This document shows positions 47,908-59,869 of a DNA stretch of 64,000 bases, piece after piece (the stretch's first letter is position 1; each line of letters begins with the position of its first letter). The position numbers and the translations under genes were made by a program. Source of the DNA: Amoebophrya sp. A120 (lineage: Eukaryota > Protista > Dinoflagellata); the NCBI GenBank assembly GCA_905178155.1, contig CAJINV010000013.1, positions 610,344-674,343 of the forward strand, in the 5' to 3' direction. The notes beneath the pieces were generated by a model that was not told the DNA's origin, searched no databases, and was given only the letters and a program-made list of their open reading frames with translations.

Positions 47908-50176
47908 ATGTTTGATGGGACGACAGTTTCTTTCTCTGCGACATTTCAGGGCATTCATCCTGGGACATCTCAGGGCATTCATCCTGGTACGAAAATCATG
48001 CCTTCCTCTCCGGCCGTGAGCCCGAGCGCGCGCGATGCGCCACGTGGAGCAGCAGGGCATCGTCAAGACATAAGCCAGCCCATGATCGAAGAAGTCATCA
48101 ACCAGCAGATCGACACCGGTCTGACGGATAACCAATCCATCTCCACGACCGCCAACCTCGCGGGCAATCTGAAACTCTCCGAAATGCTGAAAAAGGACCA
48201 GGAGCGGCTGCACCAGACGAGCCAGGACCAGCAGCACAACCAGACCATCTACCTGCAGCCGCATTTGAACAAGCGGTTGGTTTTGAACCACAAGGGGTTT
48301 CAAGAACCGCCCAAAGAGTTGGACAAGTACGTGAATTTGGCGCATTTGGATCTCTCCTTCAACGGCATGTTCCGATTGAAAAACCTGAACCGATTGCAGG
48401 AACTTCTTTCCCTGCAGCTGCAGTCGAACTTGCTGGAAAGAATCCAAAATTTGGACTTCAACAAGAAGCTGCAGAAACTGAACCTCAGCTACAACAAGAT
48501 TGCGAAAATCGAGGTAGACACCCTGCGACACCTGAAATTCCTGAACAACCTGAACCTCAGCCACAACAAGTTGACCTGTTTCCCGGTGAGAAAAGTCATG
48601 GACAAGGTGAACTCGATTTTGGAGACAGTAGAGGAAGATACGGTTCTTTTGGCCCCCGCGGGTGGGATGAATAAACCATTCACAGGCTGCTCATCCTCCT
48701 CCTCTTCATCTTCATCATCTGCGTTAGGAGATGACGATTCCGCTGCAGAGCCAGTCGATCAGGCCGATTCCGAGGCTCCTCTCTCAGTTTCCGAGAACAC
48801 GTTCTCTTCTGCGCCCACCAGAACTACCATGGCGATTGAGGAAGACACAGAGAACTTCGACAACGCTGTGGAGTTTGCGGAAGAGTTGCTGGCAGTGGCG
48901 AGGAACAGTGCTCTGACTAACCTGGACCTCTCCTGGAACGAGTTCAAGGACTTTGAAGTTCCAGACTGCTGCGAATTTTTCCAGAAATTTCCGAACTTGG
49001 AAGTGTTGTACTTCCACCGAAACCCGGGGCTGCGATTCGTGACTAACTACCGGAGGCACATGGTCCTGGCGCTGCCAAAGGTGCGGTATCTCGACGAGGC
49101 ACCGGTATTAAATCTACTATGTTGTGATGTAGGAGGACGAATTTTTCAACGTGTAAAGTTAGATTTTTTTCTACAGAAGTAAGGCTTCTACTCTGTCATA
49201 CACTTGGGTTTTTGATGCAAGTAGACGTACGTGGTTTATTACCGCAACACAAATACAACCGCCGTGCAATACCACCAGATTTTCGACCGCGAGCGTGAGT
49301 TCGCCACGGCCTTCTTCAACGACGGCGGCCTGGCCGGGGAAAAGCGGGCGCGCGATAAGTACAAGCAGGCCTTGCGGGAGGCGAAACCGACAGAGGATTG
49401 GGACGACCGGAAGCATTTTGTAACGGCCAGGAGGAACAAGGCGCTCGAGCGGATTCGCGCCGAGGAGGACACAAAGCAGGAGAAGCACAGCCAGTACTAC
49501 GAATATCTGAAGAAGCAGGAGAAGCGGGAGAAGGAATTCGTCGAGAAACACCAGTCGCAATGGGACATGTGCAATAACCCGTTTGGGGAGGGGGCGCAAG
49601 GAGCTGCAGAAGGTGGTCTCCGTGCAGGAAACGATGCGGTGATGTTGAATGACGACGGAGAGGACGCGGAGGTAGTGATTCTGTTCTTTCGTGATTCAGC
49701 TTGTCATTTTTTACGTTCGCTCGGCGGCTTGGTGCATTCTGATTTTCATCGCATCCATGAATGATGTAGTAGTAGAAAGATAGCTACGTTTCTCTTGTGC
49801 GTGGCATTACTCAGTCTAAAAGAGAACAAAAATCAACTATACAAAGGTGGATCTCTCCACCACCGTCGAAGACGAAGACCCTGTGGAGTTGGAGCGCCGC
49901 GCGACCTTCCGCTGCACAGACGCTCCCTCGTTGAATCCCGAAGTGGGCGGTATGGCCGAGGAGTTTGACAAGCAGGTGTCCTCCTGGGTGGAAAAGAATA
50001 TTCCGGCGGAAACCGGAGCGGCGGCTTTTGGAAGGATAAACCTGGTGTCGGGGGCAGGAGCTTCGACTTCTGCACCAACTACAAGCTCACGAACAACAAG
50101 CGCAACGTCAGCAGCACCAGCTGCAGTGGTGGCGAAAAGCAGGAACAACGCGAATGAGCTTGACGAGCTGGATTGA
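47908..50176 (+). CDS. DNAAF1: Dynein axonemal assembly factor 1 (ODA7/LRRC50) homologue; exons 47908-49104, 49279-49671, 49847-50176
   Basis: IYLQPHLNKRLVLNHKGF, SDS22-type LRRs, LRRcap NPGLRFVTNYRRHMVLALPKVRYLDEAPIFDREREFATAFFNDGG. GT-AG introns of 174 and 175 nt. Confidence 0.8.
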
Positions 50177-50994
50177 ATTTGATTCAGGGTTTTTTGCAAC
50201 TTTTGCACCCACATGGAATATGACCGCCGCCTAAAAGAAACCGCACGCTTTTGATGTTCACGATAGCAGAACTTGAATTGAGGAGCCAATTTTTGCAGAG
50301 GTGTCAACAAAATCAAGAAGATGTTAGCAGCTTTCACAAAACGACGCCATGCACGTTTTGAAACGAGCGTGCTGTTTGTGACAGACTGTGCAACGATCGC
50401 GACGATGTTCTTCGGATTGTTTCACGTACAAACATGATTCGTGACGCCAACTTGTCAGCATAATTCATCGCACGCGACATCATAGACGAAGCCTCAGTCA
50501 GGCTATCGAACAATGCCTGTCCATCGGTCCACCTTTTATCCTGTTTACGAAGGCAGAAGTTTTTGAGTCCCTTGAATTTACATCATCGTTAAACAGGAAC
50601 CCTCATCAAGTCGTGTTTTAGTCAGTCACATATCAAATATCGTGTCTCGCTCTCCCCGCATCCCCGATCCTTGAAGGTGCTCTAGATTTTTTTGTGTAAG
50701 GGGTTATTCTTATTTCGCTAGATGTTGAGTCAGTAGTATATCGTTACTTTTGTTGCTATCTGTATCTCCACACTAAACAGACACGTTGAATTTGAAGATA
50801 GATCTATCGCTATTTGGTTCTAAGCGCACCAGACCCTCGCAAGATTTTGGTCCGACAAGTTTCGAGGTTATATCTTCACCTCTTGTCGCGACTTCGACTT
50901 TATCTATTATGTCAGCTTGCCATGGGTGACGCTACTTTCATAGAAAGATAGAAAGTTCTTATAGGCCAAACTACTAGTTTGGCGATGCCAGAAA

Positions 50995-53900
50995 ATGGTC
51001 CACGGTACTCTGATCACGTTCCAAGAGCACCACCGCGACCCGCCACGAGCGTCATCAACAGCTACGGCGTCAACATCGACACGAGACATCAAAATCCTCG
51101 TCGACGGCTTTCAATCGAAATCGGACGAGGTGAAGCACTACATCCTCTCCCACTTCCATTCCGACCACACACAAGGGCTCGGAAAGGGGTTCAAAATCAA
51201 AAACGCGAAGATCTACTGCACCCCGCTCACTGCGGATCTGATCACGGAAGTGACCGGGGTGAGAAAGGAGTTTGTCGTGCCGGTTGCCTATAACACGCTG
51301 CATTGGCTCCCAGAGGACATTGAAACGCCAATAAGAAATGGGGAGCACCAGCAAGAACGCGAAGCGTTACCTCGATCATCCAACACTTACCTCGTATTTC
51401 TCGACGCAAACCACTGTCCCGGCGCCGCGATCATGCTGCTGGGTAATTTGCGCGAGAAGAAGTGCGTGCTGCACTGCGGGGATTTTCGCGGGACGCCGGT
51501 CGTAGCGGCGGAAGTCAAGAAGTGTCTGAAGTGGCTGGCGAACCACTATTCAACAATATCGAAGCTGGCGGGTCTGCAGCATGACAACATAAATCACTTC
51601 CACGACCTCCGGATTGATACAATTTACCTGGACAACACGTACTGCAGTCCGAAATGGGTCTTCCCCTCCCAGTTGTCCGTTTTGAAGCAGTTGAAGCAGT
51701 TCGTCATCCAGCAGCTGCGGAACCACCCGGACAAGAAAATCCTGTGGTTCATCGGCAGCTACGCGATTGGCAAGGAGAAGGTCGCCGCGGTGGTCGCGGA
51801 AACTATTGCGGAGTACTTCAAAAGAGAAGGCGGCCCGCAATTGACGGTGAAAACGGAACGACGCTGGAGCATACAGAAGTTAGTGCAAAAACACTACCCG
51901 GAATTTGACTACTTCACACAGGCGCGGTTGGGAGATGAGGAGGCGGAAGATGCTGGTTGTGAAAATTATAGTGCAGCTGGTGGTAAGAGTGCTGTTCAAG
52001 TTCAAGACCAAACAAGTGACGACAATTATGGCCTGCCGCAGCCACAGCTACAAGAGAAGGACACCAGTCCGTGTTCATTTGCTATTGACAACAAGAAGCC
52101 CAACAAGAACGACGTCTGGATGGTGCCCCTGTCCGACATCCGGCACGACAAACTGTTGAAAAACCTGGCGCTCGGGCCAGAAGCTGTTTTGAGAACGGAA
52201 CGGCAGCTCGAGGCGGAGAACAGAAAGCTGAAAAACCGAACTTTCGACGGCGAGGGCTTCCTGCCGAAGTCGGAATACGAGGAAGTCGTGGAGAATGCAA
52301 CTGCTGGAACAAGAACAAATAGGAAGAATTACAAAGCGACTCGCGGGCAGAAACTGAAACCGTCCGACGAGGAGCAAGACAAAGATGCGCTGGCGATCAT
52401 AAGCGGACTGAATAGAGGCACAGATCTCGCTGGTGACAATGAAGTTGTCGACTTGCTGGATGACGAAGACGATCTTCTTGATCAGGTAGAGCAAGACTTG
52501 GAGAAATTGGAATGCGATGACGATTACGAGGATCCGCGTCTTTTTCCACCAGACCAGCACCAGCAGGCGCAGCAGGAAGAAGTTCTTGGAGTCCGTTCTG
52601 ATAAAGATCTTCTCGACGTCGACATACCAGCAGCGTCCGATCCGCTAGTGGTACCAGAACTACCAGACGAAAACCGGTTTTACGAAAGCAACAACCGACC
52701 TAGTAAACGGAAGCAAGCCACAATCGCGAAACACGCTGCGGGGGTGAAGATGAGGAGGATAGAGAAGACTGGCGTCGAGCACGAAGCAGGTCGACGACAG
52801 GTCAATCTAGTTGAGCCCGGCGCTTCTACAAAAACTACTACAACCGAAGGGCAGCTGGTGCACAATTATTCGCACAATAAACTGCATTCGGCAGTCGCAT
52901 CAGAAACCGCGTTTTACGACAGTGAAGAGCAGCAGCAGTTTCTGGAAATTCAGTCCGGGTATGACATGTTGATCGGCTTCCGCCCGACGGGTTGGGCGTA
53001 CCGGTCCCAATCCACGAACATCAGTGAGCAGCAATGGGTGTCCAACAACGGTAAAACCAAGGTGGTGCACTTCCCCTACAGCGAGCACAGCAGCTTTTCG
53101 GAGTTGAAGGGATTCGTGAAGGCGTTGAAGCCGCGCGACGTGATACCAACGGTTCCGGATAGCTCCTTGTCGATTCCGGAAATCAAGAAGTACTTTCTGG
53201 ATTGCACGGACGGAAGTAACGACAAGAGCCGGATCGAGTACTACATGCGCAAAATGAGGGAGGATCAAGAGGATATCAGTCGGCTGAAGAAGCAGAAGTC
53301 GGATCTTGGTCATCATCCGGATCATGAGGAGCCGAACGTGAATCTGAATTCGGTAGGCAGCGTGTTCTCTTCCGATGCCGGAAAGAACAAAATGCCGGAA
53401 CTACACCAGCTTCACGTAGAACAACAGCGACTGCAGTTACCCGTTGTTCATCCACCAGCGTTCTTTTCTCCCGTGCGCCGCTCCGCGCGAAGAATCACAG
53501 AAGAGCTTGATTTGTGCACAAAATATCCGATTTCTCCCTCCGTTTTGCGAGGGTACGGGGAGGAAGGTTCGCTCTTTGGGGGGAAGAAGAAGAAAGTTCT
53601 GATTCGGATAGGAGTCGGACGAGTAGACGCAGATGGGGAAGTAGAGCCTGACTACAGGGCGGGCCAGAACCAGCACAATCGTGTAGTTGGCCAATCTAGT
53701 AGTAGCTCGTCAACGACCACTGCGAGAACCGGACCACATAACTTTCCATCCTCCGCAACGTCCTCCGCATCAGCGGCCTCATCCAGCTCGATAAGTGGTG
53801 TTAATGTTTTACCTGGCAGTACAAATTCATCTACGGGTAAAAGTACAAAGAAGACCTCTGTTGAGTGGTTATCAGAAAACAACGGAATGGGTACAACTAC

Positions 53901-54885
53901 CATGAGCGCAGCCGCCGTCCCCTCCGCTCTGTTCTCGGAGCAAGAGCTTCTGCTTCAACAGCGCGATCCCAGGTTGATTCACTCGAGCGGACAGAATTTA
54001 CCGAAACCCACGAAGAGAAAAAGAGCACGACCGCACTGGGGAGATGACATAGACTTGCCCGAGGTAACAAGGGCGGCAGAAGTATTAAACGACCCAAGTG
54101 CAGCTGCAAAAACAAGCAAATCACAAACAAGCCAACAACAGAAACACAAATCCATAAAGCACAACAACATCGTGAGGTCGCGAACGGCTACCGGTAACCG
54201 CGATGTGGCGGATTTAACTTCGTTTTTGCCTATGAGAAGTACAACTTCTAGCATCAACAAAGCTAGCACTTCAACAGGAGGTCCTGTGAAGAATAAAGTG
54301 AGAGACCCAGCAGGGCGTGCACAAGAAGCTGGCAGTTCTTGTTCTTCACAGCTTTCGTCGATTTCCGGTGTCAAATTCGTGAAGTCGGACCCCGCTGATT
54401 TGATTTCTGAGAAGAAAAAAGTTTTCGATGATGGGTCCGTGATGTACACAACCATGAACGAAAAGGGGCACACAGAGTTTCGCATTTGCCACGAAAACCG
54501 GAAAATCTGGGACGGGGAGGAGGTGGCTGAAATGGTGCGGAGCGGGGTCGTGAATGATGATCCTGTGGGCAAGAAACCACCCAATCCCAACCACGGCGCT
54601 GAAGCAGAAGAAATCACGGAGAAGCAACTACAACGACCGGAACAAGAAGAAGGAACTTCGGAACTGAAAAATGCACAAGTGAATCCCGAATTATTGGCGG
54701 AAAAAGGTTTCTCCAGGACAGCGAATGAGGTGATTGAGCTCGAGTCTTCCTCAGACGAAATAGATTTCGTGCAAATTGCCACAGGAGTGGTTGAGGATGT
54801 TAAACACGGTGGGCAACAAGAAGGAGCCTTTTCGTTTTCCTCTGCGACCGATGATGAAGTTGTCGTTCTATCAGATTCCGGATAG
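50995..54885 (+). CDS. SNM1/PSO2 (DCLRE1-family) metallo-beta-lactamase/beta-CASP DNA crosslink-repair nuclease, single exon
   Basis: SHFHSDHTQGL, DANHCPGA, LHCGDFR, YLDNTY, FRPTGW, PYSEHSSFSEL motifs. Confidence 0.92.
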   Translation: MVHGTLITFQEHHRDPPRASSTATASTSTRDIKILVDGFQSKSDEVKHYILSHFHSDHTQGLGKGFKIKNAKIYCTPLTADLITEVTGVRKEFVVPVAYNTLHWLPEDIETPIRNGEHQQEREALPRSSNTYLVFLDANHCPGAAIMLLGNLREKKCVLHCGDFRGTPVVAAEVKKCLKWLANHYSTISKLAGLQHDNINHFHDLRIDTIYLDNTYCSPKWVFPSQLSVLKQLKQFVIQQLRNHPDKKILWFIGSYAIGKEKVAAVVAETIAEYFKREGGPQLTVKTERRWSIQKLVQKHYPEFDYFTQARLGDEEAEDAGCENYSAAGGKSAVQVQDQTSDDNYGLPQPQLQEKDTSPCSFAIDNKKPNKNDVWMVPLSDIRHDKLLKNLALGPEAVLRTERQLEAENRKLKNRTFDGEGFLPKSEYEEVVENATAGTRTNRKNYKATRGQKLKPSDEEQDKDALAIISGLNRGTDLAGDNEVVDLLDDEDDLLDQVEQDLEKLECDDDYEDPRLFPPDQHQQAQQEEVLGVRSDKDLLDVDIPAASDPLVVPELPDENRFYESNNRPSKRKQATIAKHAAGVKMRRIEKTGVEHEAGRRQVNLVEPGASTKTTTTEGQLVHNYSHNKLHSAVASETAFYDSEEQQQFLEIQSGYDMLIGFRPTGWAYRSQSTNISEQQWVSNNGKTKVVHFPYSEHSSFSELKGFVKALKPRDVIPTVPDSSLSIPEIKKYFLDCTDGSNDKSRIEYYMRKMREDQEDISRLKKQKSDLGHHPDHEEPNVNLNSVGSVFSSDAGKNKMPELHQLHVEQQRLQLPVVHPPAFFSPVRRSARRITEELDLCTKYPISPSVLRGYGEEGSLFGGKKKKVLIRIGVGRVDADGEVEPDYRAGQNQHNRVVGQSSSSSSTTTARTGPHNFPSSATSSASAASSSSISGVNVLPGSTNSSTGKSTKKTSVEWLSENNGMGTTTMSAAAVPSALFSEQELLLQQRDPRLIHSSGQNLPKPTKRKRARPHWGDDIDLPEVTRAAEVLNDPSAAAKTSKSQTSQQQKHKSIKHNNIVRSRTATGNRDVADLTSFLPMRSTTSSINKASTSTGGPVKNKVRDPAGRAQEAGSSCSSQLSSISGVKFVKSDPADLISEKKKVFDDGSVMYTTMNEKGHTEFRICHENRKIWDGEEVAEMVRSGVVNDDPVGKKPPNPNHGAEAEEITEKQLQRPEQEEGTSELKNAQVNPELLAEKGFSRTANEVIELESSSDEIDFVQIATGVVEDVKHGGQQEGAFSFSSATDDEVVVLSDSG

Positions 54886-55555
54886 CAGTACGATAGATAG
54901 TAGACGGAGTCCACTAAAGCTAAAAGCAAAAGCGAACAAATAAACACAAGGGCAATGCCCAGCGAGTTTGCGATGCGCGCTACTTCTTGCTGCAGGGAAA
55001 GTATAGTAATATGTGTTGCTCCTTGCCCCGTGGTCCAGGTCCCAGAGTAGAAGCGTGAGCGAATCGTTCTGGTTTATATGGCTTTCATTAATCTCTATCT
55101 CACCTTAGTTGTTGCGCTGTCTTTCAGCCTCGAAACAGCAGCTTACTCGAGAGTGCTAATATTCAATCTGAGTCTGAGTGTGTGCGTCGTCTGTGTGTCA
55201 GCGATCTAGGAGCGCGATGGTCTATCTTGTGTTTCGGTCTCTGAAGTAGCACTCCCGCTTCATAAATCTAAAATCTTCAATTTCGTCCAAAAGAGAACTT
55301 GAACTCTTGTAACTCAGCGTGGCGCCGCTGCCGCTCCTCCTCCTGCCGTCTTAGGTGAAGAGGCCGGCGCGTCTAGTAGGTGAGCGAGGCGAGAAACGAT
55401 CCGCGTTAGGTGGTTTATTTCAGTGCGACGGCCGGCACCATCACCAAGTCCAAGTCGCATCCATCATGATGAACGCGCGGCTCTTATTTGCTCCTCGACC
55501 GCGTCGAGGTGAAACGATGCGACACTGATTGTTGTGGTTCATCTATACATAAGGA

Positions 55556-58500
55556 ATGAGAAGTCCTGCCCGGCGCGCCCGCGGCCGGTTGACTTCGACC
55601 TACGGGTCGTTGGCGGAGCTTCTTCTTTTCGCACTGTTGGGGTTGCGTCCGCTCGTAATGCTAACGCTGCCCCTCCTCGTGCGCCTAACCGTCCTCGCGG
55701 TGCATCAAGACCGCTCAAGTCAAGACCAGACGAGCAGGAAGATCACCACGACCGTCGATGCGACAGCACCAGACGAACAACTGATCAGGGTAGCAGACAA
55801 GGTGGCAGAGCTCGACCACGATGCAAAAACACAACAACTCGGCGGTCACGAGCGTCTTCTTCGTGGGACGAAAGTGACCTCCGATAGAACTGCCAGTACC
55901 GCGACCAAAAGCCGCGACGCCAACGGACCACGAACGTTTTCCACCAGCGGTGGCTCCTCTGTGATAACGATTGAGGCTGACAGCAGCACGACAGACACTT
56001 CAGAACAGTACTACGCGATTCCGAACACGGTCTGGGTTGAGGTCCCACTGGACAGGTTTCTGTGGACGGCGTCACAGGGCTCTGGCGACCTGGACCAGTG
56101 GAGCAACGCGACGGTGCCTTTCACATACGGCGAACAGCGGGAGCAGTGCCCCGCAGACGCTCTTATGTCTATCTACCCCAAAGAGTACGCGTACGTCGTC
56201 TCCACAACCAAAACGACCGACGAAACGAATTGCTGCAGCGTTACGGAAGCGTCAGGTTGGAAAGCAACAAATGAATGGAAGCACAAGCGCTACTTTGTGA
56301 TGCATAGAATGCGAGGGCGTGGCACCTAGTCGTAATCCCTGTCTTGCAGAGAAGCCAAGCGCGGCCGATTGTACTCCTGTCTAGGGTTAATATTGAAAGA
56401 AGAAGAGCTGCTGCGAAAGAGCATGACGTAAGCGGTCTTCTTTGCTACAAACACCCAGCGCGACAGATCGAATGTAAGTAGTTGCTTCCGAAATTGCAAT
56501 TGGTCGCGCGCCGCTTGGAAAATAAAGGGACGCAGTCGTTGGGGGTCAAAGTCATGACATCAATTTCATGAATGGTAAGTGTTGATTTTGCTTTTATTTA
56601 TTTGCAAATTTCCACCGACCTGACACTTCCATAAACGCGCAGAATAGTGCAGATGCGGACGGGAGTTATTGGTGGGAGGCAAGTTTAAAAAATGGCGAGG
56701 AGAGATACATTTCGAAGGTCCGGCTGTACAACCGCAAGGGCCACGAGGCGGATTTGAACAACGCAACTTTGGTCATTGACGGCGATACAGCTGCGGGAAC
56801 GGACATTGGAGTGATCTCTTCTGCTGAAGCGGACCTTTCAATCGGCTTGTTTGACACGGGGGGCACCGTGGTCGCCATTGGCAAAAGGCTCAACAAAGTC
56901 CGGATTACGAAAACCGGGACGCCGTTCAGCATCTGCGGTGTGTTTTTTTTCGTGTACATGGACGAATTTCCGGACACGAGTTTAGTCGCGACGCAATCCT
57001 CAAATTATTCAAGCAACCTCTACTACAACGCACGAGTGGCGATTACGAACCAACTCGGCAAGTTCCCCGTGAAAACATCCCACACCTATGCCAAGTTCCC
57101 CGTATTCTGGCAGCTGGAATTTGCGAGCGGGAAGGCGCACTGGGTGGACCAGATCCGACTGGTCAACCGTGGCGATTGCTGCCAAGAACGCACCAACCAT
57201 CTCCAAGTGTACTTCGACAGCGCCGCAGACCAAGACCCGTATTACAGTGCACAACTACTGCTCTCCTGTTTCTCCTCGCTTGAAAGGCATGAAGTGCAAG
57301 ATAGGAAACGGCTGCGCCGGCAGACAGTACTTACTTGCGTAGGAACTTCTTCACGACGAGTGCAAAGCGACGCATAGATTCTAGTGCCGCCAACATTTGG
57401 GCTTCAGGATGCTGTCATGCACACAGTGCTAGTAATACATTGCTATTAGGTAGAGCTAGAGCAGGTGAATGTTAAGGGTATAGCTAGGGCTACAGTAGAA
57501 GTAGCAGTGCACGTGCACCACAAGACGACAAACATCAAGCACCACATCAGAAATTGAGAAAGAGGAAGTGGAGCATTTTTGTACTGTCACAAAACACCAA
57601 CCGCCGGAAGCCAGGCGTTTGTGCTAAACGACACAACGCGGACGGTCGACGGGAGAAACGGGATTACCAGCACGAGCTATCCACCGCAAACATGTTTGGG
57701 TCTCCTGGAAGGTTGTCATGCTATTATGTGGACGGCGACGGGGACGGCCAGCAGACGTCAGTACAACGCTGCGCATCTTTGACAAAATTTCTATTCGGCT
57801 TCTATGCATTCCCTACGGCAACGGCGCGTGACAAACAGCGACTTTCTTGAATGACACAGAAGACGTGCTCTGGCGCAACATGCATCTTCACAGAATTGTC
57901 ACAGGCACGGGCTTGCACGCCCTGCATTAAATGAATTCCGAACCCAAGCAGAATTTGCGAGTTGATACGAGCTTGCTGGGAAGCATGCTGCGAATAGAAA
58001 GGAGTTTCCGCAAAATGAAGCTCGCACCGCCACAGGCAGATTACATCAACCTGCAAGGGGTCAGTGTTTACTATCGGACGAACGTGGGTCCCGATATGAC
58101 ATCGACGACGACGACGACGACGTCCACAACATCAACACCGATGAAGACCAGCGCCCCCGCGACATCTTCACCCACGGAGGACGGAGTAAAAGATACTACA
58201 CCCGACGCCGGCGCCGACGTCGGCGCGGAAACTTCTGAGGGCGAAGGACGGGATAAGGACAGCACCAAGCTCAGGAACGCCGCCATCGTGGGTGCGTCGG
58301 TTCTTCTGTGCGTAATTCTGGGATTGATTTTGACGCAACAAAACCACGAGACCGCGGGCACAGCGGCAGACGAACACGGTGACGACGGGGAGGAACACGA
58401 GACTCCTGGAGCAGACGAAGTCGCAGGAGGTGCTGGCGGTGACGAAGGCTCCGCGTCCTTCATCGCCGGAGCAAGCGGAAACTTTGTCCGGGCCGGCTCA

Positions 58501-59869
58501 ATGGGTTCGATCAACTACACCTCCGGTTTTGGTGGCGGCTCTGCATCGTTTGGTGGCGCCGGGTCGTCCGCGGCCACAATAGGGCCCGGAAGCTCGGCGT
58601 CTTTTGGTGCCGGCTCAACAACAGTTGGGGACCAGTCCGCTCCAGTCGGAGATTCCCTGCGAAAAACTCCGAATGCATCCGCGTCTTTTGCCCGTACAAA
58701 GAAGTGTGTTTTGCTAGACGTACTAGAATCGGATGTGGTTGTAGTACCATGGTACACGACAACAAGAAATACAAGTACAACTTTGTCTAGCCGGCGTGGT
58801 AAAAATGTGTTGCGCAGATGATACTGATACTGCAAGCAGGACTTTATGAGACTTCAAGATCACTTATACTACTACACTATTGGCAGGTTCCGGGTCTTTC
58901 GTCGTCGGCAATGCGTCCACTGGGGGTGGCTCGATGGTGAAGTCCTCTGGCTTTGGTGGCGGGTCGGCATCATTTGGTGGCGCCGGCTCGTCCGCCGCAT
59001 TTGGAGACGGCTCGGCGTCTTTTGGTGCCAGCTCCGCTGCGCCAGTTGGGGACCAGTCCGCTCCGGTTGGAGACTCCCTGCGAAAAACCCCGAATGCGTC
59101 CGCGTCTTTTGGCCGTACAATCACATATGAAATTTTGTTTTGCTGGAAGTAGAACTACTACGCCACCGGATGCAGTAGATGAAGCACCATGCACAACAAG
59201 AAATTCAACTTCTTCTGTGATGTTGCACAGATACTGATACTGCAAGTAAGGGGCACTTTACCATGAGACTTGCACTTGAAGAACACCTACGCTACAACTA
59301 CACTACTGAAAAACACCTGGCAGGTTCCGGGTCTTTCGGCGTCGGAAATGTATCTTCTGGGAGCGGCTCGATGGTGAAGTCTTCCGGCTTTGGTGGCGGG
59401 TCAGCATCGTTTGGCGGCGCCGGGTCGTCTATGTATTGCAAATATGACTTTGGTTCTGGAATAAACAAGGTGCAAACTACTACGAGCCCTGTGGATGCAG
59501 TAAAAGGAAAAGCAGCCCACTTTTGGCCATGCTGACAGCGATTATTCAGGCAGGGCTGTTGCAGGCATAGACTTTCATCAAAGGTATTGCGTTGCAGCCT
59601 GTGATGCTACTTCTGCATTTCATTATCATTTCCAGACCCAGAAAACATGTTTGCAATTGATATCGTCCGCCGTAATGGGACCACCTAGCGGCTCAGCATC
59701 GTTTGGTAGCCCCGGGCCGTCCGCCTCCGCCGCAATGGAAAGCGGCTCGGTTGCTTTTGGCGGCTCACAGGCGACCGGCGGCGGCTCAGTGGCGATCGGC
59801 GGCACCTCAATAGCACCAGGCGGTGAGTCTGGCTCAATTACGGGGCGTGACGGTGACTTATCAGAATGA
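55556..59869 (+). CDS. Type I membrane protein: leader, two F5/8C/fucolectin-like domains, Thr linker, TM helix, Gly/Ser SASFG-repeat tail
   Basis: YWWEASL..ISKVRLYNR and FWQLEF..VDQIRLVNRGDCCQER. TM helix AAIVGASVLLCVILGLIL. Introns approx. 56256-56652, 57239-57610, introner E, 58694-58886, 59115-59323, introner F. Confidence 0.7.
57678..57967. mobile_element. Introner E (290 nt)
   Basis: TIR tatccaccgcaaacatgtttggg / cccaagcagaatttgcgagttgata. Perfect TSD cgagc at 57673-77 and 57968-72. Removing 295 nt joins ORFs 57579 and 57931. Confidence 0.88.
58495..59780 (+). repeat. Intragenic tandem triplication of a ~430-bp exon+intron unit
   Basis: SGFGGGSASFGGAGSS codons recur near 58522, 58946 and 59383. 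Introns 58694-58886 and 59115-59323 are homologous (gatactgatactgcaag, atgagactt). Confidence 0.9.
59430..59662. mobile_element. Introner F (233 nt, E family)
   Basis: TIR tatgtattgcaaatatg / catgtttgcaattgata. Perfect TSD tcgtc at 59425-29 and 59663-67. The empty site is visible in the paralogous repeat copies. Confidence 0.92.
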
